Source: an uncultured Gemmatimonadaceae bacterium (GTDB lineage Bacteria > Gemmatimonadota > Gemmatimonadetes > Gemmatimonadales > Gemmatimonadaceae). Taken from it: 64,000 bases of DNA. Positions 58,742 through 64,000 of this stretch are shown one piece after another. The DNA lies in assembly GCA_963761305.1 (NCBI GenBank), contig CAVXGK010000001.1, forward strand, positions 480,001 through 544,000, in the 5' to 3' direction. The position numbers and the translations under genes were made by a program. The notes beneath the pieces were generated by a model. That model saw nothing but the letters and a program-made list of their open reading frames with translations, ran no database searches and was not told the DNA's origin. The stretch's first letter is position 1. Each line of letters begins with the position of its first letter.

Positions 58742-60111
58742 GCGACCTCGTACCTCGAGAGCTTGCGGTAGAGCGTCGACGGGTCGATGCCGAGCACTTC
58801 GGCGGCGCGCGACTTGTTGCCGCTCTCGCTCTGCAACACCCACATGATGTACGCGCGCTCGATCGCCTCGAGCGTTGGATTCTCCGGCGTGCGCGTGGAC
58901 ACCAGCGGCTCGGCGCTGCGCTGCGTCACTCGCTCGGGGAGCGCGGTGATCGGGATTTCCGGATCCTCGGTGAGGATGACGGCGCGCTCGAGCGCGTTCT
59001 CGAGCTCGCGCACGTTGCCGGGCCAGTTGTACACGACCAGCGCGTCGCGCGCGGCTTCGCTGAGACGTTTCGGATCTTCACCTCGCGCGGCCGCGATGCG
59101 GTGCAGGAAGTGGTCGGCCAGCACCGGAATGTCTTCGGCGCGCTGCCGCAGCGGCGGCAGGTGGACCGCGATGACGTTCAATCGGTAATAGAGGTCGCTG
59201 CGGAAATGTCCGGCGCGAATTTGCTCGTCGAGGTCGCGGTTGGTCGCGGCGACGACGCGCGCATCGACCGGCACGGCCTCGGTCGCTCCGACGGGAATCA
59301 CTTCGTGCTGCTGGAGCGCGCGCAGCAGCTTGACCTGCGTTGCCGGTGTCGTCTCGCCGATTTCGTCGAGGAAGAACGTGCCTTTGGTCGCCGCACCGAA
59401 GAGACCCACCTTGTCCCGCACCGCGCCGGTGAACGAGCCCTTGGTGTGGCCGAACAGTTCGCTCTCGAGCAGACCCTCGGGGAGCGCACCGCAGTTGATC
59501 GAGAGGAACGGCCCGTCGGTGCGCGCCGACAGGTCGTGGATGTAGCGCGCGATGACTTCCTTACCGGTGCCCGATTCTCCTTGAATGAGCACCGTCGAAT
59601 CCGTCGGCGCGACCGTCTCGATCAAGTGGAGCACCTCGAGCCACAGCTTGCTCGTGCCCACGGGACGCGCGTCACCGTGTCGCTCGGCGCGGCGGATCGC
59701 CTGCTTGAGGGACTTGTTCTCGACGCGGAGCTTGCGGTGTTCAGCGGCGCGCCGCAGGATCGCCACCAGCTCGTCGTTGCGGAACGGCTTTTGGATGTAA
59801 TAGAAGGCGCCCTCGTTCACGGCTTGCATGGCGGACTGTAAGGTGGCCTGCGCCGTCATGAGGATGACAGGCACGTCGGGATCGGACTGCCGCGCGGCGG
59901 CCAGAATCTCCACACCGCCCACGTTCGGCATGCGGATGTCGGTGAGCACGATGTCGGGTCCGAGCTCGCCGATGCGGTCCAGGCCCGCCTTGCCGCCGTG
60001 CGCCATGTACGGCGCGAACCCTTCGTTGCGCAGCAGGATGCTGAGGGAATCGAGAATGCCGGTCTCGTCGTCCACGACGAGTACGGTGGGTCTAGCGGGA
60101 GTGTCGATCAC
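58738..60111 (-). CDS. pilR: Sigma54-dependent response regulator (PilR-like)
   Basis: REC domain, GESGTGKE, ESELFGH, GSFTGA, FLDEIG, WPGNVREL, HTH. Confidence 0.9.
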   Translation of the reverse strand: MIDTPARPTVLVVDDETGILDSLSILLRNEGFAPYMAHGGKAGLDRIGELGPDIVLTDIRMPNVGGVEILAAARQSDPDVPVILMTAQATLQSAMQAVNEGAFYYIQKPFRNDELVAILRRAAEHRKLRVENKSLKQAIRRAERHGDARPVGTSKLWLEVLHLIETVAPTDSTVLIQGESGTGKEVIARYIHDLSARTDGPFLSINCGALPEGLLESELFGHTKGSFTGAVRDKVGLFGAATKGTFFLDEIGETTPATQVKLLRALQQHEVIPVGATEAVPVDARVVAATNRDLDEQIRAGHFRSDLYYRLNVIAVHLPPLRQRAEDIPVLADHFLHRIAAARGEDPKRLSEAARDALVVYNWPGNVRELENALERAVILTEDPEIPITALPERVTQRSAEPLVSTRTPENPTLEAIERAYIMWVLQSESGNKSRAAEVLGIDPSTLYRKLSRYEVA

Positions 60112-61820
60112 GAAACGCTCCTGGTGTTGAGCGGCGTGTCGTGCGTGCCGCGACCGTTCTGCGTGCTCGGGAGAATCACGGTGAAGCGCGTGCCGTGCGG
60201 GTTGCTGTCGACGAGGACGAGTCCGCGATGCGCCTCGATGGCGCGATGCACGACCGCGAGGCCGAGCCCCGTGCCGTTCGATTTGGTGGTGAAGAACGGA
60301 TCGAACATGCGGTCGCGCACCTCGGCGGGAATGCCGGGGCCGGCGTCGCTCACCCGCAGCGAGACCGGGGCGGAATCGAAGCGGAAGCCGGCGGGAACCG
60401 GATCGAGCGGACCGCGAGACACCTCGATGCGGACCTCGCTGCCCGGCGGCGCGGCCTGCACGGCATTGAGCGCGAGGTTGAACACCGCGCGGTGCAGCAG
60501 GTCTTCGTCGCCGTCGAGGGAAATGCGCCCGACATCGGGCTCCTGGAAGGTGACGCGGACGCTGGCGTCGCGATCGGGGTGCGTGTCGGCGAGCCGGGCG
60601 GCGCCGCGGGCGACGGCGGCCAGATCGATCGGCTTCGTCTTGGCGACGCGCACGCGCGCGAAGTCGAGGAACTCGGACAGCAGCCGCGAGAGCCGGTCCG
60701 ACTCCTTCATGACCAGCACGCTGAGCGTTCTTTGATCGTCGGAGGCCGCGGGCATGCGCCCGATCTGCTCCACGGCGCTGCGGATCGACGCCAGCGGGTT
60801 CTTGATCTCGTGCGCCAGTGAGGCGCTCAGCTCGGCGATGCCCTCGAGGCGCTCGGCGCGCAGCCGCAGCGCGTCCATGCGCTTCTGGTCCGAGAGATCC
60901 TGAAAGATCGCCGTGGCGGTGCGCCGGCCGGCGTCGTGTTCATGGTCCGTGTACGTGGTCGTCACGCCGATTGGAAAACGGCGGATAGCGTTCGAGACGG
61001 TTCCTTCGCCGCGGGTCGTTCGCGCCTTGGTTTCGGCGGCCAATTGGATCGCGACCGCGAGCTCCGGCGCCACGCGCCTGATCGGCTCGACGATCTCCTC
61101 GCCCAGCCGCGAGACGAGCGTGATGCCGAGCAGCTGCTCGGCGGTGGGATTCGCGTAGAGCAGGCGCCCTTCGGCGTTCACCGTAATGACGCCGCTGCGG
61201 ATGTTGCGGAGAATGTCGTCGGCCTGGAGGCGCGTCTGTTCGAGCGCCGCGGCGAGCATCAACTTCCCTTCTCCGCTCTCGCGGAGGCGGGCACTCAGGT
61301 AGCGAATGCCGAGCGTGACGAGCGCGATGACGGCCAGCTGAATCCAGACGCCGGGTTCACTGAGCGGCGAGTGGAGGAGGACGACGACGTCGACGAAATA
61401 GAAAGTGATGCCCAGTGCGGCGATGCTGAGTCCGCCGCTGGCGGGTACGAGCAGCGACGCGGTGGCGATCACCAGGATGTAGACGGCCGCGAAGGGCGAC
61501 GACGTGCCGTTCGTCAGGTGGACGACCGCCGTCACCAGCAGGAGGTCGAACACCGCTTGCATATATAGGAAGGCCTGCCCGAATCGTTTCCGATATATTT
61601 CGGTGTAGCCGGCGGAACCCACGGTGACGATGGCCGAAATGGCGAAGGCCAGCGACGCGACCAGCGTCTTGCTGCGGTCGACCGACGTCCAATTCAGGAC
61701 CGCGGCGATGAAGATCGCCGTCGCGAGGCACAGACGGCCGATCAGGACCCAGCGCAGGAGCCTGCGGGGGTCGAGAATCGCCTTGAGCGCCGGATCGGTC
61801 GAGCGGGGAGTGAGACGCAC
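60108..61820 (-). CDS. pilS: Sensor histidine kinase (PilS-like)
   Basis: Multi-TM N-terminus, PAS, AHEIKNPL, NLALNA, DAGPGI, PFFTTK, GTGLGL; GTG start inferred. Confidence 0.88.
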   Translation of the reverse strand: MRLTPRSTDPALKAILDPRRLLRWVLIGRLCLATAIFIAAVLNWTSVDRSKTLVASLAFAISAIVTVGSAGYTEIYRKRFGQAFLYMQAVFDLLLVTAVVHLTNGTSSPFAAVYILVIATASLLVPASGGLSIAALGITFYFVDVVVLLHSPLSEPGVWIQLAVIALVTLGIRYLSARLRESGEGKLMLAAALEQTRLQADDILRNIRSGVITVNAEGRLLYANPTAEQLLGITLVSRLGEEIVEPIRRVAPELAVAIQLAAETKARTTRGEGTVSNAIRRFPIGVTTTYTDHEHDAGRRTATAIFQDLSDQKRMDALRLRAERLEGIAELSASLAHEIKNPLASIRSAVEQIGRMPAASDDQRTLSVLVMKESDRLSRLLSEFLDFARVRVAKTKPIDLAAVARGAARLADTHPDRDASVRVTFQEPDVGRISLDGDEDLLHRAVFNLALNAVQAAPPGSEVRIEVSRGPLDPVPAGFRFDSAPVSLRVSDAGPGIPAEVRDRMFDPFFTTKSNGTGLGLAVVHRAIEAHRGLVLVDSNPHGTRFTVILPSTQNGRGTHDTPLNTRSVS

Positions 61821-62026
61821 GGAGGCTGGGTTTGCAAACTGCCAGAGAGGGGCGGCCGACCAAACCGTTGCAAACCGCCACACGCGCTACCGCATGGAGA
61901 CGATTCCGGGGGCGTGTCGTTTCGCGGCGTCCTGGATGGGCCGGGGCCGCGCGGGCCGGGAACCGGGCCGACGCGAGGCAACGCCGCAACTCATGATCAC
62001 ACGTGGTCTTGCGAGGCATCTGACTC

Positions 62027-62458
62027 GTGGCTGATTCGAGCTTTCTAAACATCGCGCCCGGCGTCGCGGTGCCGCGGTCGGAGCTGCAGTACCGGGCCTC
62101 GCGATCCGGAGGGCCCGGTGGTCAGCACGTGAATACCGCCTCGACCCGCATCGAGCTTCTCTGGAACCTCGAAGCGTCGCGCGTGCTCACCGACGAACAG
62201 CGAACGCGATTGCGCGAGCGCCTCGCCTCGCGCCTGGATTCGACGGGAGCGCTGCGTGTGGTGTCGAGCGCGAGGCGGAGTCAGCAGCAGAACAAGCAGG
62301 CGGCCGACGAGCGACTCGCCGCGCTCGTACGCCATGCGCTCCACGTGCCGAAGCGCCGGCGCGTGACGAAACGGCCCAAGGCGGCCAATGAAAGGCGCAT
62401 ATCTGAGAAAAAGCATCGCGGAACTCTCAAACGCGACCGGCGAGCTCAAGCGGATTGA
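62027..62458 (+). CDS. arfB: Alternative ribosome rescue factor (peptidyl-tRNA hydrolase) ArfB
   Basis: RSGGPGGQHVN (GGQ motif), RSQ..N, basic C-terminal tail. Confidence 0.95.
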   Translation: MADSSFLNIAPGVAVPRSELQYRASRSGGPGGQHVNTASTRIELLWNLEASRVLTDEQRTRLRERLASRLDSTGALRVVSSARRSQQQNKQAADERLAALVRHALHVPKRRRVTKRPKAANERRISEKKHRGTLKRDRRAQAD

Positions 62459-62670
62459 CGAGACCCTTGCGATTCCGACGTGACAATCGGATGATCTCCG
62501 GGAGTTAGTCACGTACACTGCGACGCGCGCGGTCCGCGTTCGTGGGGAAAGCACCTACTAAAAAAGTTGGAGCAGCACTCACGTAGCAGTGCGCGCGGCG
62601 AACCCGCTCGCGCGCGCCAATGGGTGCGTCAGCCACTCGCACCCCCCACCCAGGGGAGAGGAGGCAGCAA

Positions 62671-64000
62671 ATGCGATTCATCAGGCCACGCGGCCTCGCC
62701 GCCGGCATTGTGTCGGCCGCGCTCATCACAACCGCGGGCGCCGTCGCGGCCGCGCAAGGTACAGTCAGCGGAACCGTCACCGCACAGGGCACCGGCGCTC
62801 CGGTGCAAGACGTGCGCGTGCTGGTCACCGGCACGAGCCTGGTCGCCACGACGGGACCCGACGGGAAGTACGCCGTGCGGCGCGTGCCCGCCGGCACGGC
62901 GGAGATCAATGTGCTGCGCGTGGGATTTCAGGCGCAGAAAAAATCGGTGCGCATCCTCGACGGACAAACCGCCACGCTCGATTTCACGATGGCGCAGAGC
63001 GTCGTGCAGCTCGACGAAGTCGTGAGCACGGCAACCGGCGATCAACGTCGCGTGGAGATCGGCAACGCGGTCGACAACGTGAGCGTCTCCAAGCTCACCG
63101 AATCGGAGCCGATTCGAAATCTCGCGGACGTGCTGAACGCGCGCGTGCCCGGTGTGATGGTCGAGGGCGGCGGGCAGACGGGATCGGGTCAACGCATCCG
63201 GATCCGCGGTGTCAGCTCGGTCAGCCTGTCGAACGATCCGATCTACATCATCGACGGCATCCGCATGGACGCCAACAACAGCTCGACGGCGTTCGGCAAC
63301 GGCGGCAGCAACTTCAGCCGGCTCGGTGACATCGATCCGCAAACGATCGAGAATATCGAAATTGTGAAGGGTCCGTCGGCCGCGACGCTCTACGGCACGG
63401 ACGCCGCGAACGGCGTCGTCGTCATCACGACGAAGAAGGGGCGCACCGGCTCCACGCGGTGGACGACGTTCGCCGAAGGCGGGATTCTCGACGACACGCA
63501 CGACTACTTCACCAACTACACGCTGGCCGGCCACAGCCCGAGCGGCGCGCCCCTCATTCAATCCGGGCAGTGCACGCTGCCGCTGGTGGCCGCGGGCACA
63601 TGTATCAAGGACAGCCTGCGCACGTATAGTCCAATTTCGGACCCGAACAACACGCCGCTCGGCTACGGCAATCGCAACGCCGGGGGCGTGCAGGTCTCGG
63701 GCGGAACCGACGCGGTCCGGTACTTCATGTCGGCCGGCCGCGACAACGAGATCGGCGTCTTCCAGCTACCCAAGTTCGAGTACACGCGCTACGACACGAC
63801 GGGCGCCACGCCGGCCGATTGGACGGTGCGTCCGAACGCGCGTCTCTTGAACAGCTTTCGTGGCAACCTGAGCGCGACGATCTCGCCGACGATGGACGCG
63901 ACTTTGAACTTCGGGTACACGACCGTCGCCCAGCGAACGAGCAACGAATCCAACAACACGGTGGGTGTCGGCTCGCAGGCGTTCGGCGGTCCTGGCTATG
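62671..64000 (+). CDS. susC: SusC/RagA-family TonB-dependent receptor, partial (runs off the right edge)
   Basis: Not in the ORF track because it has no stop. MRFIRPRG... signal, IRIRGVSS..LSNDPIYIIDG, IENIEIVKGPSAATLYGTDAANGVVVITTKKG; GGAGG RBS. Confidence 0.92.
   Translation, partial: MRFIRPRGLAAGIVSAALITTAGAVAAAQGTVSGTVTAQGTGAPVQDVRVLVTGTSLVATTGPDGKYAVRRVPAGTAEINVLRVGFQAQKKSVRILDGQTATLDFTMAQSVVQLDEVVSTATGDQRRVEIGNAVDNVSVSKLTESEPIRNLADVLNARVPGVMVEGGGQTGSGQRIRIRGVSSVSLSNDPIYIIDGIRMDANNSSTAFGNGGSNFSRLGDIDPQTIENIEIVKGPSAATLYGTDAANGVVVITTKKGRTGSTRWTTFAEGGILDDTHDYFTNYTLAGHSPSGAPLIQSGQCTLPLVAAGTCIKDSLRTYSPISDPNNTPLGYGNRNAGGVQVSGGTDAVRYFMSAGRDNEIGVFQLPKFEYTRYDTTGATPADWTVRPNARLLNSFRGNLSATISPTMDATLNFGYTTVAQRTSNESNNTVGVGSQAFGGPGY

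Overview
High-GC bacterial chromosome segment. The gene repertoire (SusC/SusD-type genes, Ser/Thr kinase-TPR, RCC1-repeat and carboxypeptidase-regulatory-like proteins) suggests Gemmatimonadota; this is an inference. The left ~19 kb is accessory: small enzymes and regulators, a hybrid histidine kinase apparently fused by deletion to a SusD remnant, a tRNA-Ile 3' fragment resembling an att scar, an RCC1-TonB fusion lipoprotein, 21-bp repeat arrays and an inverted-repeat element. The middle holds minus-strand core genes (bcp, argF, hslU, hslV, xerC, trmFO, topA, smg-like, aroK, aroC). These are interrupted by accessory modules (Ser/Thr kinase plus haem-c lipoprotein; a DUF4331-TPR-HupE/UreJ operon) whose gene junctions carry 7/8/16-bp tandem arrays. 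The right part is a type IVa pilus locus (pilS-pilR ... pilA, minor pilins, pilMNOPQ, large lipoprotein), followed by arfB and a partial SusC. The best candidate for an undescribed system lies between pilR and a sigma54-promoter pilA: a GT-C transferase, a lipid-phosphate-sugar-synthase-like GT2 and a TMTC/DUF1736-like GT-C-TPR enzyme, consistent with TMTC-type O-glycosylation of a Ser/Thr-rich pilin. All family calls come from motif recognition by eye; no database searches were run.
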